From positions 2,289 to 66,288 of the forward strand of contig JBKBXX010000003.1 in NCBI GenBank assembly GCA_046313915.1: a stretch of 64,000 nt of DNA, in the 5' to 3' direction. How positions within the stretch are numbered: position 1 is the first letter of the stretch; the number at the start of each line of letters is the position of its first letter. Positions 19,336 through 30,208 of the stretch are shown here, one piece after another. Source of the DNA: Burkholderiales bacterium (lineage in GTDB: Bacteria; Pseudomonadota; Gammaproteobacteria; Burkholderiales; SG8-41). Below the pieces are notes generated by a model. That model made no database searches and was not told the DNA's origin. It worked only from the letters and a program-made list of their open reading frames with translations. The position numbers were made by a program, and so were the translations under genes.

Positions 19336-22191
19336 TCACGATTTGGTGCCGGCGCGCACCCGGGAAGCGCGGATCAGCAGCGGGTGGTCGCTGCGCGGCC
19401 TCTCCAGATAGTACCCCTGCACGCAGTCGACCTCGAAGTCGCGCAGCATCGCCAGGGTCTCCTCGTCTTCGACGCATTCGGCGACGGTGGTCTTGTGCAG
19501 GCCGCGCGCCACCGCCACGATCGCCCTCACGAACAGCTGATTGTCATGATCGTTGGGCAGGTTGCGGATGAACAGGCCGTCGATCTTTACCGAATCGGCT
19601 TGCAGATGCTTGAGATAGGCGAAAGACGAAAAACCGGTGCCGAAATCGTCGAGGCACACCTGGCAGCCGGTCTGGCGCAGCGCTTCGATGAACCGCTGCG
19701 CGTCGTGCAGGTCCGAAACCGCCGAGGTCTCGGTGAGCTCGACCAGCAGGCGGCGCGGCGACACGCCGTGATGCTTCAGCTGCTCGGCAATGTATTGCGG
19801 CAGCATCGGCTCGTCAAACGAGCGCCCGGAAATGTTGACGGCGAAGGCCGGCACCGACTTCAGCTCGGCGAGCATCTGGATGCTTTCGCGCAGCACCCAG
19901 CGGTCGATATCCAGTATCTTGCCCGATTTCTCGGCCACCGGGATGAACTGCGCCGGCATCAGCAGCTGGCCGGGATCATCCTTGTCGTGCATGCGCACCA
20001 GCACCTCGAAATGCGACAACGCCCGGTCGGTTGCGGAATACACACCCTGGAACTGCAGGTCCAGCAGATCGTTTTCGAGCGCGTGCAGGATGCGGTCGTT
20101 CCACGACAGCCGCGACACCATCTGCAGCGAAGTGTCGAGATCGCTGCGGTAGATGCGCCAGGCATTCTTGCCGGCTTCTTTCGCCTGGTACATCGCGGTA
20201 TCGGCGCGCGCGATCAGGTCTTCGGGATTGTCGGCGTGGTCCGGAAACACCGCGATGCCCATGCTCGAGGTAAGCCGCAGGCTCTGCCCCTCGAACTGGA
20301 AGCGCACCAGCGCGATCGAACGCGTGATGCGCTCGGCGAGCACCCGCAGCATCTCGTCCGAGATGTCCGGCACCAGCACCGCGAATTCGTCGCCGCCGAG
20401 ACGGCTGAAAATCTCGTTGCGCCGCACCTGCCCCGCGACTTCCCCCGCGACCCGGATCAGCATCGCGTCGCCGGCGCGGTGGCCGAAGGTGTCATTGATG
20501 TACTTGAAATCGTCGAGATCGAAAAACAGCAGCGCGACCCGCGACTGGTTGCGCTCGGCGTCGGCGATCATGCGCCCCAGCTCTTCGTTGAAACGATGGC
20601 GGTTGTAGAGCCCGGTCAGCGCGTCGCGCTCGGCAAGATAGACGAGCTGATCGGCGGTCTGGCGCTCGCGCGTGACATCCTCGAAAAGCCACAGATAGCC
20701 AACCGGCCGCCCGTAGACATCTTCCACCGCATGCCCCTGCTGCGTGACGAGGCGTCCGTCCGCCATCTGGATTTCGAACACGCCGAAGACCTCGCCCTCG
20801 CGCGGCCGCTGCATCACATGGCGCGCCTGTTCGGCGGCGCGCGCCAGCTCGCAGGCCGAAGCCGCCAGTATTTCCTGCGGCGTGCGGCCGATGATCGGCG
20901 TTCCCGGCGCAACCGCCCAGATGCGGGAAAAAGACGGGTTGCTGTAGACCACCCGGTTGTCGTGGCTCACGAAAAGTATGCCGATGTCCATCGCCGCGAG
21001 CAGCGCCGAGAGCCGCGCGTGTTCGTCCTGCTCGCGTGTCAGGTATTCGTGCTGCACCGCCTGCGCTTCGCGCAGCTCGGCTACCGTCATCTCCAGCCGC
21101 TGTTCGGCTTCCTTGCGCTGGGTGATGTCGCGAATGCTGATGCGAATGCCGATATAATGGCCGTGCGTGTCGTAAATCGGCCGCCAGTCGGCCGCCGCCC
21201 AGAACTCGGAGCCGTCCTTGCGGCGCGCGCGAAACTCGTAATCCTGGCCGCTGTTGCCGCGCAGCGCCCGGCGGATCTGGCGCACGGTGCGGCCGGCGTC
21301 CGCAGCACCGATGAAAGGCGCCGGGAAGTGTTCGGTGGCAAGGCATTCCTCGGGCGTATAGCCGAACATGTCGAGCACGCGGGGATTGATCCAGATCAGT
21401 CTGCCTTCCGGGCTGATCCACAGTTCGCAGTCGTAGCTGTAATCGGCGATGGCGCTGAACTTGGCCTCGCTTTCGGCAAGCGCCTTCACCCGGCCCTGCA
21501 ATGCCGCCGCCATGGTGTTGAAAGCGTGGGTAAGCCGCCCCACCTCGTCGCGGCTTTCGACCGGCAGCCTCACGTTGAGGTCGCCCGCGGCGAGGCGCGC
21601 GCTGGCAGTGGTGAGCCGGGTGAGGTTGCGCGTGAGCCAGTAGGAAAGCGCCGTCATCGCGACCACGGACAGAAGCAGGGCAACGCCGCCGATCAGCAGA
21701 TTGTCCCGGATCAGATCATCGCGCGCGGTCTCGAGAAACGTGGTCGCCAGCCCGAAACGCAACCTGCCCAGCACCTTGCCCGCACTCTCGATGCCGATCT
21801 CGGTGTTGAAATGCCCCTCCCCGTACCGGCCCGAGCGGAAGCTGATCGCGGCTTCGCGCGGCGGCAGCGGCCTGCCGCGGTCCCAGCCGCTGGCGGCGGC
21901 GATTTCGCCGTTGCCGTCGAACAGCACCAGATAGACGATGCCATTGTCGCGCCGCACGTTCTCCAGCACTTCCTGCAGGACCTTGTAGTCGCGCCTGGCG
22001 AGCGGCGCCGCCAGTGCCGCGTTGAGCAACTGCTTCTGTTCCTCGAGATGGACTTTGGTGCGCTCATTGAGCTTCTCGTCCATCACGCCGATGCCGTTGA
22101 CGATCAGCAGCGTCAGCATGGCAATCTGCACGAAGGCGGTGGCGAGCAGCAGCCGGGTGCGCAGCGACAGCGTGATCGACAGGGCCTTCAT
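19336..22191 (-). CDS. membrane sensor with HAMP, two PAS, GGDEF and EAL domains
   Basis: N-terminal TM, HAMP (DEVGRLTHAFNTM), PAS repeats, RLGGDEFAV, EAL block ELTE...DDFGTG. Confidence 0.9.
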   Translation of the reverse strand: MKALSITLSLRTRLLLATAFVQIAMLTLLIVNGIGVMDEKLNERTKVHLEEQKQLLNAALAAPLARRDYKVLQEVLENVRRDNGIVYLVLFDGNGEIAAASGWDRGRPLPPREAAISFRSGRYGEGHFNTEIGIESAGKVLGRLRFGLATTFLETARDDLIRDNLLIGGVALLLSVVAMTALSYWLTRNLTRLTTASARLAAGDLNVRLPVESRDEVGRLTHAFNTMAAALQGRVKALAESEAKFSAIADYSYDCELWISPEGRLIWINPRVLDMFGYTPEECLATEHFPAPFIGAADAGRTVRQIRRALRGNSGQDYEFRARRKDGSEFWAAADWRPIYDTHGHYIGIRISIRDITQRKEAEQRLEMTVAELREAQAVQHEYLTREQDEHARLSALLAAMDIGILFVSHDNRVVYSNPSFSRIWAVAPGTPIIGRTPQEILAASACELARAAEQARHVMQRPREGEVFGVFEIQMADGRLVTQQGHAVEDVYGRPVGYLWLFEDVTRERQTADQLVYLAERDALTGLYNRHRFNEELGRMIADAERNQSRVALLFFDLDDFKYINDTFGHRAGDAMLIRVAGEVAGQVRRNEIFSRLGGDEFAVLVPDISDEMLRVLAERITRSIALVRFQFEGQSLRLTSSMGIAVFPDHADNPEDLIARADTAMYQAKEAGKNAWRIYRSDLDTSLQMVSRLSWNDRILHALENDLLDLQFQGVYSATDRALSHFEVLVRMHDKDDPGQLLMPAQFIPVAEKSGKILDIDRWVLRESIQMLAELKSVPAFAVNISGRSFDEPMLPQYIAEQLKHHGVSPRRLLVELTETSAVSDLHDAQRFIEALRQTGCQVCLDDFGTGFSSFAYLKHLQADSVKIDGLFIRNLPNDHDNQLFVRAIVAVARGLHKTTVAECVEDEETLAMLRDFEVDCVQGYYLERPRSDHPLLIRASRVRAGTKS

Positions 22192-22236
22192 GCGGACGGG
22201 ACACTCATGGACATGGCGGGGGGCGTGAAGGCCGGA

Positions 22237-23556
22237 TCAGAGCCGCTTGGTCAATACCACCGAGCGCCTCTGGTAGTTGTAGAGCTCGCGCTTGTGGCGG
22301 GGCAGCGCCTCGGGGCTGGTCTCGCTAAAGCCGCGCTCGACGAACCAGTGCTCGGCGCGCGTGGTCAGCACGAACAGCGTCTTGAGCTTCTGTTTGCGCG
22401 CCCGCGCCTCGATCTCCCGCAGCAGGCGTTCCCCCGCGCCGCTGCCGCGGAACTCCGGATGCACGGTCAGGCAGGCGAGCTCGCCGGCTTTTTCCTCGGC
22501 AAACGGATACAGCGCGGCGCAGCCGATCACCATGCGGTCGTGCTCGAGAACCACGAACCGCCCGATTTCCATTTCCAGCAGATCGCGGCTGCGCTTGACC
22601 AGCACGCCTTCGGCCTCGAGCGGTTCGATCAGACGCAGGATGCCGCCGATGTCGTCGATTCTCGCTTGGCGCAGAATCTGCAGCGGATCGGGCGACACCA
22701 TGGTGCCTATGCCCTGATGCGTGAACAGCTCGAGCAACAGTCCGCCGTCGGTATGCCGCGAGATCAGGTGCGCGCGCTTGACCCCCTGCTGGCACGCGCG
22801 CAGTGCGCATGGCAGGTAAAGCCGCACATCGTCGTCGTGGTCGCCGTCGCGGGCGAGCAGCTGCTGCGCCTGTCGCGGCGTGAGCTCGCGCAGCAATTGC
22901 CCCCGCTTGCCGGTCACGCCGGCCGCGTCCATCAGGAAAACCAGCTTGTCGGCATGCAGTTCCACCGCCACCGCCTCGGCGATGTTTTCCAGCGCCAGAT
23001 TGAAAATCTCGCCGGTGGGGGAATAACCGAGCGGAGACAACAGCACGAGCTCGCCATGGTCGAGACGGTCCCTGATCGCTGCCGCATGGATCTTGCGCAC
23101 TTCGCCGGTATGCTGGAGATCGATGCCGTCGAGCACGCCTATCGGCCGTGCGGTGACAAAATTGCCGCTCGCGACGCGGATGTCGGCGCCCGCCATCGGC
23201 GAATTCGGCAGCCCCATCGAAAGCAGCGCCTCGATCTCGACGCGCAGCTTGCCGCTCGCCTCCTTGACACACTGCAGCGTGACCTCGTCGGTGACGCGCA
23301 GACCGCGCACATAGCGCGTGCGATGCCCGGTCTGTCTGAGCCGCGCATCGACCTGGGCCCGCACGCCGTGGACCAGCACCAGCCGCACCCCGAGACTCGC
23401 CAGCAGGTTGAGATCATGCGTCAGGCCGATGAACTTGCCGTCGGCCACCACCTCGCCGCCAAAGGCAATGACGAAAGTGCGGCCGCGAAAGGCATGGATG
23501 TAGGGCGCCGCCGCGCGGAACCATTGGACGAATTTCTCGGGAGAAGAGGGCGTCAT
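22237..23556 (-). CDS. argA: amino-acid N-acetyltransferase (N-acetylglutamate synthase)
   Basis: FVQWFRAAAPYIHAFRGRTFVI, kinase-like domain plus C-terminal GNAT. Confidence 0.92.
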   Translation of the reverse strand: MTPSSPEKFVQWFRAAAPYIHAFRGRTFVIAFGGEVVADGKFIGLTHDLNLLASLGVRLVLVHGVRAQVDARLRQTGHRTRYVRGLRVTDEVTLQCVKEASGKLRVEIEALLSMGLPNSPMAGADIRVASGNFVTARPIGVLDGIDLQHTGEVRKIHAAAIRDRLDHGELVLLSPLGYSPTGEIFNLALENIAEAVAVELHADKLVFLMDAAGVTGKRGQLLRELTPRQAQQLLARDGDHDDDVRLYLPCALRACQQGVKRAHLISRHTDGGLLLELFTHQGIGTMVSPDPLQILRQARIDDIGGILRLIEPLEAEGVLVKRSRDLLEMEIGRFVVLEHDRMVIGCAALYPFAEEKAGELACLTVHPEFRGSGAGERLLREIEARARKQKLKTLFVLTTRAEHWFVERGFSETSPEALPRHKRELYNYQRRSVVLTKRL

Positions 23557-23654
23557 CGATTCGGTAATGGTTATTTATCAATCCCATGTTATGCGAGAAC
23601 GCGCCCCAGGAAAAGCGCGCCGCGAGCGCGGTTGCTCGCAGCGGAGCACGCGCG

Positions 23655-24401
23655 CTAGAAATCCCCCCACAGCGTCAGCATCGCACTCAAGGCCGCCAGC
23701 GCAGCGGTCTCGGTGCGCAAGACCCGCGGTCCCAGCCTGACCGGCGTGAAGCCCGCACCCTGCGCGTCCTGCCGCTCCTGCGGCGACAGGCCGCCTTCGG
23801 GACCTGCGAGCAGCATGACCGCGCCGGCCGGACGCGGCAGATCGTGCAGCGTGGTCTGCGCCTCAGGCGCGAGCAGCACCCGCAACGGCGCCGCTTCCCG
23901 CTGCCGCGCGAGCCACTCGGCAAAGCCGGCGACCGGCAGCACCTGCGGCACGCTGTTGCGCCCGCATTGCTCGCAGGCGGCGACCGCCACCGCCTGCCAG
24001 TGGGCAACGCGCTTCGCCGCGCGCTCGGCATCGAGCCGCACCACGCTGCGGCTCGTGGCAAGCGGCTGGATCCGCGCCACGCCCAGTTCGACTGCTTTTT
24101 GCACCGTGTAGTCCATGCGCTCGCCGCTCGAAATGCCCTGCGCGAGCGTCACCGCGAGCGGCGGTTCGCGATCGACCCTGCGCGGCTCTCCCGCATTGAG
24201 GGTGACGCCGGATTTGGCGATGCGCGCAATGACCGCATCGCGCTCCGTGCCGCGACCATCGAACAGGGTCACTGCATCGCCGGGCTGCAGACGCAACACG
24301 TGCGTCACATGGTGCGCCTCGGCGGGGCCGAGCACGCACACACCATGAGCGGCGGGTTCTGCAGGAAAATATATGCGAGTCAAAGACTTGGCGTCTGTCA
24401 T
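23655..24401 (-). CDS. rsmE: 16S rRNA (uracil1498-N3)-methyltransferase
   Basis: HHVTHVLRL...QGISSGERMDYTVQKAVELG...GPEGGLSP. Confidence 0.88.
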   Translation of the reverse strand: MTDAKSLTRIYFPAEPAAHGVCVLGPAEAHHVTHVLRLQPGDAVTLFDGRGTERDAVIARIAKSGVTLNAGEPRRVDREPPLAVTLAQGISSGERMDYTVQKAVELGVARIQPLATSRSVVRLDAERAAKRVAHWQAVAVAACEQCGRNSVPQVLPVAGFAEWLARQREAAPLRVLLAPEAQTTLHDLPRPAGAVMLLAGPEGGLSPQERQDAQGAGFTPVRLGPRVLRTETAALAALSAMLTLWGDF

Positions 24402-24481
24402 GGTGTAAAATTATGCCACACGCCGCAGTGGCTTCGAAAATGCAGGCGGAATAGAATCGTGTTTTTTGCGGGGAAAGCGGT

Positions 24482-25903
24482 TTGAGAATCGTCATTCTGG
24501 GCGCGGGGCAGGTCGGCTCTTCGGTTGCCGAAAGCCTGGTGTCCGAAGCCAACGATATCACGGTCATCGATGTCGACCAGGCGCGCCTGAGAAAGCTGCA
24601 GGACCGTCTCGATCTGCGCACCGTAACCGGCAATGCCGCCCATCCCGCGGTGCTGGAGCAGGCCGGCGCGAGGGATGCCGACATGATCCTCGCCGTCACC
24701 CAGAGCGACGAAACCAACATGGTCGCCTGCAAGCTCGCCGCGACCATGTTCAACATCCCGACCAAGATCGCGCGCATCCGTTCGGCGGACTACCTCTCCC
24801 ACCCGGAGATTTTCTCCCCTGAAAACTTCTCGATCGATCTTTCGATCTGCCCCGAGCAGGTGCTGACCGATTACATCGTCAAGCTGATCGAGTTTCCGGA
24901 AGCGCTGCAGGTGCTCGAGTTCGCCGGCGGCAAGGTGAGCCTGGTGGCGGTGCGCGCCTTCCATGGCGGACCGCTGGTCGGACACGAGCTGCAGTTCCTG
25001 CGCAAACACATGCCGCAGATCGACACGCGGGTGGCAGCCATTTTCCGCCACGACAGCCCGATCATCCCCGAAGGCGATACGGTGATCGAGGACGGAGACG
25101 AGGTGTTTTTCATCGCCGCCACCGAGAACATCCGCGGCGTGATGCGCGAGCTGCGGCGCATGGACAAACCGGTCAAGCGCGTCATGATCGGCGGCGGCGG
25201 CAACATCGGCCGCCGGCTCGCTACCGCGCTCGAGCGCAAATACGAAGTCAAGATCATAGAGTTCAACAAATCCGCCGCGGAACGCCTTGCCGCGGACCTG
25301 CGCAATGCGCTGGTGCTCACCGGCGACGTCACCGACGAGGAACTGCTCGAAACCGAGAACATCGGTGAAATGGACGTCTATTGCGCGCTCACCAACGACG
25401 ACGAAACCAACATCATGTCCTCGCTGCTCGCCAAGCGCATGGGCGTGCGCAAGGTGATCGCGCTGATCAACCGCGGCTCCTATGTCAATCTGGTGCAAAG
25501 CGGCCAGATCGACATCGCGATCTCGCCGGCGCAGGCGACGATCGGCACCCTGCTCACCCACGTGCGGCGCGGCGACTGCGTCGCGGTGCACTCGCTGCGG
25601 CGCGGCGCCGCCGAATCGCTCGAGCTGGTGGCGCACGGCGACCCCAAATCCTCGAAGGTGGTCGGGCGGCGCATCGAGGAAATCGATCTGCCCAAAGGCA
25701 CGACCATCGGCGCCATCGTGCGCCGGCACGAGCGCGCCGGCCCGAAAAACGGCGACGGCAAGGCGATCCACGACTATCAGGTGATCATCGCGCACCACGA
25801 CACCATCATCGAGCCCGACGATCACGTGATCGTGTTCGTCGTCAACAAGCGCATGGTCGCCAGGATCGAAAAGCTGTTCCAGGTCGATCTCGGCTTCTTC
25901 TAG
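24482..25903 (+). CDS. trkA: Trk system potassium uptake protein TrkA
   Basis: (TTG)RIVILGAGQVGSSVAE. Two RCK/NAD-binding halves. Confidence 0.9.
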   Translation: MRIVILGAGQVGSSVAESLVSEANDITVIDVDQARLRKLQDRLDLRTVTGNAAHPAVLEQAGARDADMILAVTQSDETNMVACKLAATMFNIPTKIARIRSADYLSHPEIFSPENFSIDLSICPEQVLTDYIVKLIEFPEALQVLEFAGGKVSLVAVRAFHGGPLVGHELQFLRKHMPQIDTRVAAIFRHDSPIIPEGDTVIEDGDEVFFIAATENIRGVMRELRRMDKPVKRVMIGGGGNIGRRLATALERKYEVKIIEFNKSAAERLAADLRNALVLTGDVTDEELLETENIGEMDVYCALTNDDETNIMSSLLAKRMGVRKVIALINRGSYVNLVQSGQIDIAISPAQATIGTLLTHVRRGDCVAVHSLRRGAAESLELVAHGDPKSSKVVGRRIEEIDLPKGTTIGAIVRRHERAGPKNGDGKAIHDYQVIIAHHDTIIEPDDHVIVFVVNKRMVARIEKLFQVDLGFF

Positions 25904-25948
25904 GCATACTCCGCCGCCCCGTTTCAGAACAATCCGTCCTCTGACTCC

Positions 25949-27406
25949 ATGCAGCGCGTCGCCGTCGTCGTTCACGTCCTGGGCCTGGTGGTCATGATTT
26001 TTGGCGTAGCCATGCTGGCGCCGCTCGGCGTCGCCCTGTGGTACCGCGACTCCGCCATTTTCGCCTACGACGAAGCACTCGCCATCACCCTGGGCAGCGG
26101 CGGCGCAATGTGGCTTGCCACCTACCGCAAAAAAGGCGAGCTGCGGATCCGTGACGGCTTTCTGCTGGTCACGCTGGTCTGGTCGGTACTGCCGCTTTTT
26201 GCCGCGCTGCCGCTGATGTTTTACCTGCCGCAACTGTCCTTCACCGACGCCTATTTCGAGTGCATGGCCGGCCTGACGACCACCGGATCGACGGTACTCT
26301 CCGATCTCGACAAGCTGCCGCCTTCCATCAATTTCTGGCGTGCGCTGCTGCAATGGCTGGGCGGCATGGGAATCATCGTGCTGGCGGTGGCCATCCTGCC
26401 GCTGCTGGGCGTGGGTGGCCGTCAGCTCTACAAGGCCGAAACACCCGGTCCCATGAAGGACGCCAAACTCACTCCCCGCATCACCGAGACCGCCAAGGCG
26501 TTGTGGCTGGTCTATGTCGGCATCACCCTTGTCTGCGTGCTGAGTTACTGGGCCGCGGGCATGACCCCGTTCGATGCCTGGATCCACAGCTTCAGCACCA
26601 TGAGCCTTGGCGGCTTTTCAAGCCATGATGCGAGCTACGGCTACTTCGATTCCCCGCTGATCGAAGGCATCGCCATCGTTTTCATGCTGCTCGCGGGCGT
26701 GAATTTCGCGACCCACTTCCTGGTCTGGCGCAGGAAAAGCCTCGCCCCCTACAAGCACGATGCCGAAGCGGTGCCGTTCGTCCTCATCACGCTCGCAAGC
26801 TGCGTGATGCTCGCCGTGTACCTGCTGGCAAACGGCGTCTACCCGGATTTCGCCACCGCGCTGCGCTACGCGAGTTTCAACACCGTGTCGATCGCGACCA
26901 CCACCGGCTACGCCAATGCCGACTTCAACCTGTGGCCGGCCTTCGCCCCGCTGTGGATGCTGTTCCTGTGCAGCTTCGCCTCGTGCTCGGGCTCGACCGG
27001 CGGCGGCATCAAAATGATCCGTGCCAAGCTGCTGTTCCTGCAGGGCCTGCGCGAAATGGTCAAGCTCATCCATCCCCAGGCCCAGCTGCCGGTGAAAGTG
27101 GGCGAGGAGGTCATTCCCAACCGCATCGTGTTTGCGGTGCTGGCATTCATGTCGCTCTACGGCGCGAGCCTGCTGGTGATGACGTTTTTGCTGATCGCCT
27201 CGGGGCTCGATCTGACCACGGCGCTTTCGGCAGTCGTCGCCTCCATCAACAACACCGGCCCCGGCCTGAACGAGGTCGGCCCGGCGACCACTTACGCGTC
27301 GCTCAGCGATTTCCAGACCTGGGTGCTCTCGGCGGCGATGCTGGCCGGCCGGCTCGAGCTGTTCACCGTGTTCGTCGTTTTCACCCCCGCTTTCTGGCGC
27401 AAATAG
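25949..27406 (+). CDS. trkH: Trk system potassium uptake protein TrkH
   Basis: 485 aa, multi-TM, with [10 protein letters not shown]-type selectivity loops. Confidence 0.9.
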   Translation: MQRVAVVVHVLGLVVMIFGVAMLAPLGVALWYRDSAIFAYDEALAITLGSGGAMWLATYRKKGELRIRDGFLLVTLVWSVLPLFAALPLMFYLPQLSFTDAYFECMAGLTTTGSTVLSDLDKLPPSINFWRALLQWLGGMGIIVLAVAILPLLGVGGRQLYKAETPGPMKDAKLTPRITETAKALWLVYVGITLVCVLSYWAAGMTPFDAWIHSFSTMSLGGFSSHDASYGYFDSPLIEGIAIVFMLLAGVNFATHFLVWRRKSLAPYKHDAEAVPFVLITLASCVMLAVYLLANGVYPDFATALRYASFNTVSIATTTGYANADFNLWPAFAPLWMLFLCSFASCSGSTGGGIKMIRAKLLFLQGLREMVKLIHPQAQLPVKVGEEVIPNRIVFAVLAFMSLYGASLLVMTFLLIASGLDLTTALSAVVASINNTGPGLNEVGPATTYASLSDFQTWVLSAAMLAGRLELFTVFVVFTPAFWRK

Positions 27407-27522
27407 GCACGCGCGGCAGATCCCGCCCCGGCCCCGCCGGAAACCGCATTGCACCCAAGGCCCGGGGCAAGGCGTTTTTCCCGATTGTGGCGGGGGTAGC
27501 CGGCATTTACAATACGAGTGCA

Positions 27523-28083
27523 ATGCAGAAAATCAACCTCAGCCGGCACTTTCTGATCGCCATGCCCAACATGGTCGATCCGCATTTTTCCAAGACCCTG
27601 ACGTTCGTTTGCGAACACAACGACCAGGGCGCGCTGGGCGTGGTGGTAAACCGGCTGATCGAAATGAATCTGCACAGCCTGCTCGAGCAGATCGGCATTT
27701 CCTTCGACGCCGATGTCGTCGAGCCGTTGCCGCTGCATTTCGGCGGACCGGTGCAGACCGACCGTGGTTTCGTACTGCACAGCCCGCCCGGCCAGTGGCA
27801 GTCGACGCTCGCCGTAAGCCCCGAAATCGGCCTGACCACTTCGAAAGACATTCTGCAGGCCGTCGCCCGCGGCGAGGGTCCGCGGCAGATGCTGGTCACG
27901 CTGGGCTACGCAGGATGGGCGCCGGGCCAGCTCGAGCACGAGCTCGCCCAGAATGCCTGGCTCACCGTGCCGGCCAGCGCCGAAGTGCTGTTTGAAATGC
28001 CGGCCGAGAAAAGGCTGGCGGCGGCGATGCGCCTGCTCGGCATCGATTACGCCAATCTCTCCGAACAGGCGGGGCACGCCTGA
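27523..28083 (+). CDS. yqgE: YqgE/AlgH family protein
   Basis: [29 protein letters not shown]...[11 protein letters not shown]. Confidence 0.9.
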   Translation: MQKINLSRHFLIAMPNMVDPHFSKTLTFVCEHNDQGALGVVVNRLIEMNLHSLLEQIGISFDADVVEPLPLHFGGPVQTDRGFVLHSPPGQWQSTLAVSPEIGLTTSKDILQAVARGEGPRQMLVTLGYAGWAPGQLEHELAQNAWLTVPASAEVLFEMPAEKRLAAAMRLLGIDYANLSEQAGHA

Positions 28084-28088
28084 AAGCG

Positions 28089-28580
28089 GTGAAAGGTGAA
28101 AGGCAGAAACCGGCCTGCGTCCCGCGCACCACGCCGCGCACCGGCTCCGGCACCATCCTGGCGTTCGATTTCGGCGAAAAGCGCATCGGCGTTGCGGTCG
28201 GCGACACCGAAACCGGCCTCGCCCATCCGCTCACCACGATCGCGGCCGGCGACAATCGCTCGCGCTTTGCCGCCATCGCAGCCCTGATCGGCGAATGGCG
28301 ACCGGTGTGCCTGGTGGTGGGATTGCCCGCCCACGCCGACGGCACCGAGCACGAGGTAAGCCGGCTCTGCCGCCGCTTCGCGCAGCGCCTCGAAGGACGC
28401 TTCGGCATCCCGACCCGCCTGGTGGACGAACGGTTGACCTCGCGCGCGGCCGAAGCCGCGCTGCGCGAGGCCGGCGCGCGCGGCAAAAAGCTCAAGGCCG
28501 CGCTCGACCAGGTCGCGGCGCAGGAAATCCTGGAAACCCATCTGGCTTCCCTGAAGCACAAAAGCGGCACAGCCCCTTAA
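28089..28580 (+). CDS. ruvX: Holliday junction resolvase-like RuvX (YqgF)
   Basis: [20 protein letters not shown] start lies inside a GGTGAAA x2 repeat. Confidence 0.85.
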   Translation: MKGERQKPACVPRTTPRTGSGTILAFDFGEKRIGVAVGDTETGLAHPLTTIAAGDNRSRFAAIAALIGEWRPVCLVVGLPAHADGTEHEVSRLCRRFAQRLEGRFGIPTRLVDERLTSRAAEAALREAGARGKKLKAALDQVAAQEILETHLASLKHKSGTAP

Positions 28581-28632
28581 GCTTGGCCGCAAGATGTGCT
28601 ACTGTAGGAACTAGCTCAAGACCCAGAAAAAC

Positions 28633-29136
28633 ATGCCGGGCACTCCGCTACCCGATGCCGAGCAGCTGCTCAAGGCGCTCACCGACCAGATGCGGCCCGA
28701 AGTCGGGCCCGACACCGGTCTGATCGGCATTCATACCGGCGGCGTATGGCTCGCCGAGCGCCTGCACCGCGACCTCGGCCTCGAAGTCCCTCTCGGCACG
28801 CTCGACGTGTCGTTCTACCGCGACGATTACGAAAAAATCGGCCTGCACCGCGACGTCAAGTCCTCCAATATTCCGTTCGAAGTCGAAGGCCGCCACCTGA
28901 TCCTGGTCGACGACGTGCTCTACACGGGGCGCACCATCCGCGCCGCCATGAACGAGCTGTTCGACTACGGACGCCCCGCGAGCATCAGGCTCGCGGCGCT
29001 GATCGACCGCGGCGGACGCGAATTGCCGGTGGCAGCGCAGTTCCTGGGAGCCACCGTCAGCGTGCCGCCCGGCTACAACATCGAACTGAAACGCGACGAC
29101 GCCGGGCGCCTGAGCCTGGTGCTGCACGAAGGCTGA
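28633..29136 (+). CDS. pyrR: bifunctional PyrR regulator / uracil phosphoribosyltransferase
   Basis: [21 protein letters not shown] motif. Confidence 0.9.
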   Translation: MPGTPLPDAEQLLKALTDQMRPEVGPDTGLIGIHTGGVWLAERLHRDLGLEVPLGTLDVSFYRDDYEKIGLHRDVKSSNIPFEVEGRHLILVDDVLYTGRTIRAAMNELFDYGRPASIRLAALIDRGGRELPVAAQFLGATVSVPPGYNIELKRDDAGRLSLVLHEG

Positions 29137-29146
29137 AACAGAAACG

Positions 29147-30106
29147 ATGTGGCTCGATCCCGCAAACCCCCAGCTCAACAAGAACGGCGAACTGCATCAT
29201 CTGCTCTCGCTGGAAGGGTTGCCGGCGGCGATCCTGTGGCAGATCCTCGACACCGCCAAATCGTTCGTCGGCGTCACCCGGCGTGAAGTGAAAAAAGTGC
29301 CGCTGCTGCGCGGCAAGGCGGTATTCAACCTGTTTTTCGAGCCCAGCACCCGCACCCGCACCACTTTCGAAATCGCGGCCAAGCGGCTGTCCGCCGACGT
29401 CATCAACCTCGCCATCGGCGTGTCTTCGCAGACCAAGGGCGAAAGCGTGCTCGACACCGTGGCCAATCTCGCTGCGATGCAGGCCGACATGTTCGTGGTG
29501 CGCCACGCCGCCAGCGGCGCTCCGTACCTGATCGCGCGCCACGTCGCGCCCGAAATCCACGTCATCAACGCCGGCGACGGGCGCCACGCGCATCCGACCC
29601 AGGGCCTGCTCGACATGTTCACCATCCGCCACTACAAGAAGGATTTTTCCAATCTGCGGGTGGCGATCATCGGCGACATCCTGCACTCGCGCGTCGCGCG
29701 CTCGCAGATCCACGCGCTCACCACCCTCGGCTGCCCCGAAATCCGCGTGATCGGCCCCAAGACCCTGCTGCCGAGCCACGTCGAAAACCTCGGCGTGCAC
29801 GTCTACCACCAAATGCGCGAGGGCCTGAAGGGCGTCGACGTGGTGATGATGCTGCGGCTGCAGAACGAGCGCATGCAGGGGCCGCTGCTGCCTTCGGCGC
29901 AGGAGTTCTACAAATATTACGGGCTCACCGAGGACAAGCTCGCGCTCGCCAGACCCGATGCCATCGTGCTGCACCCCGGCCCGATGAACCGCGGCGTGGA
30001 AATCGATTCCAGCGTCGCCGACGGCAAGCAGTCGGTGATCCTGCCGCAGGTCACTTTCGGCATCGCGATCCGCATGGCGGTGATGAGCATCCTCGCGGGA
30101 AACTGA
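29147..30106 (+). CDS. pyrB: aspartate carbamoyltransferase catalytic subunit
   Basis: FFEPSTRTR...HPTQ...HPGP motifs. Confidence 0.93.
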   Translation: MWLDPANPQLNKNGELHHLLSLEGLPAAILWQILDTAKSFVGVTRREVKKVPLLRGKAVFNLFFEPSTRTRTTFEIAAKRLSADVINLAIGVSSQTKGESVLDTVANLAAMQADMFVVRHAASGAPYLIARHVAPEIHVINAGDGRHAHPTQGLLDMFTIRHYKKDFSNLRVAIIGDILHSRVARSQIHALTTLGCPEIRVIGPKTLLPSHVENLGVHVYHQMREGLKGVDVVMMLRLQNERMQGPLLPSAQEFYKYYGLTEDKLALARPDAIVLHPGPMNRGVEIDSSVADGKQSVILPQVTFGIAIRMAVMSILAGN

Positions 30107-30112
30107 CATAAC

Positions 30113-30208
30113 AGGAAATGGAAAATAGGAAATAGGGAATAGCAAGAGTAAGAGCCCTGACACCACGCTTACGAGAGAAAATTCCCCGTTTCCTATTCCC
30201 TATTCCCC
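30113..30208. repeat. inverted pair of heptamer arrays flanking a ~38-bp spacer
   Basis: aggaaatggaaaataggaaatagggaatag ... attccccgtttcctattccctattcccc, ending at the pyrC' ATG. Confidence 0.85.

Noticed and set aside
23560-23600. AT-rich stretch upstream of argA as an ArgR (ARG box) operator
   Set aside because: The best alignment to the ARG-box consensus matched only about half the positions by eye, which is not supportable.
19300-23658. 1452-aa ORF on the plus strand
   Set aside because: It runs antisense to the GGDEF/EAL sensor and argA genes. It has the same low-complexity character and no SD.
28096-28287. 63-aa alternative ORF at the ruvX 5' end starting in the second GGTGAAA unit
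   Set aside because: It is out of frame with the conserved [17 protein letters not shown] block, and its composition is Arg/Pro/Ala-rich.
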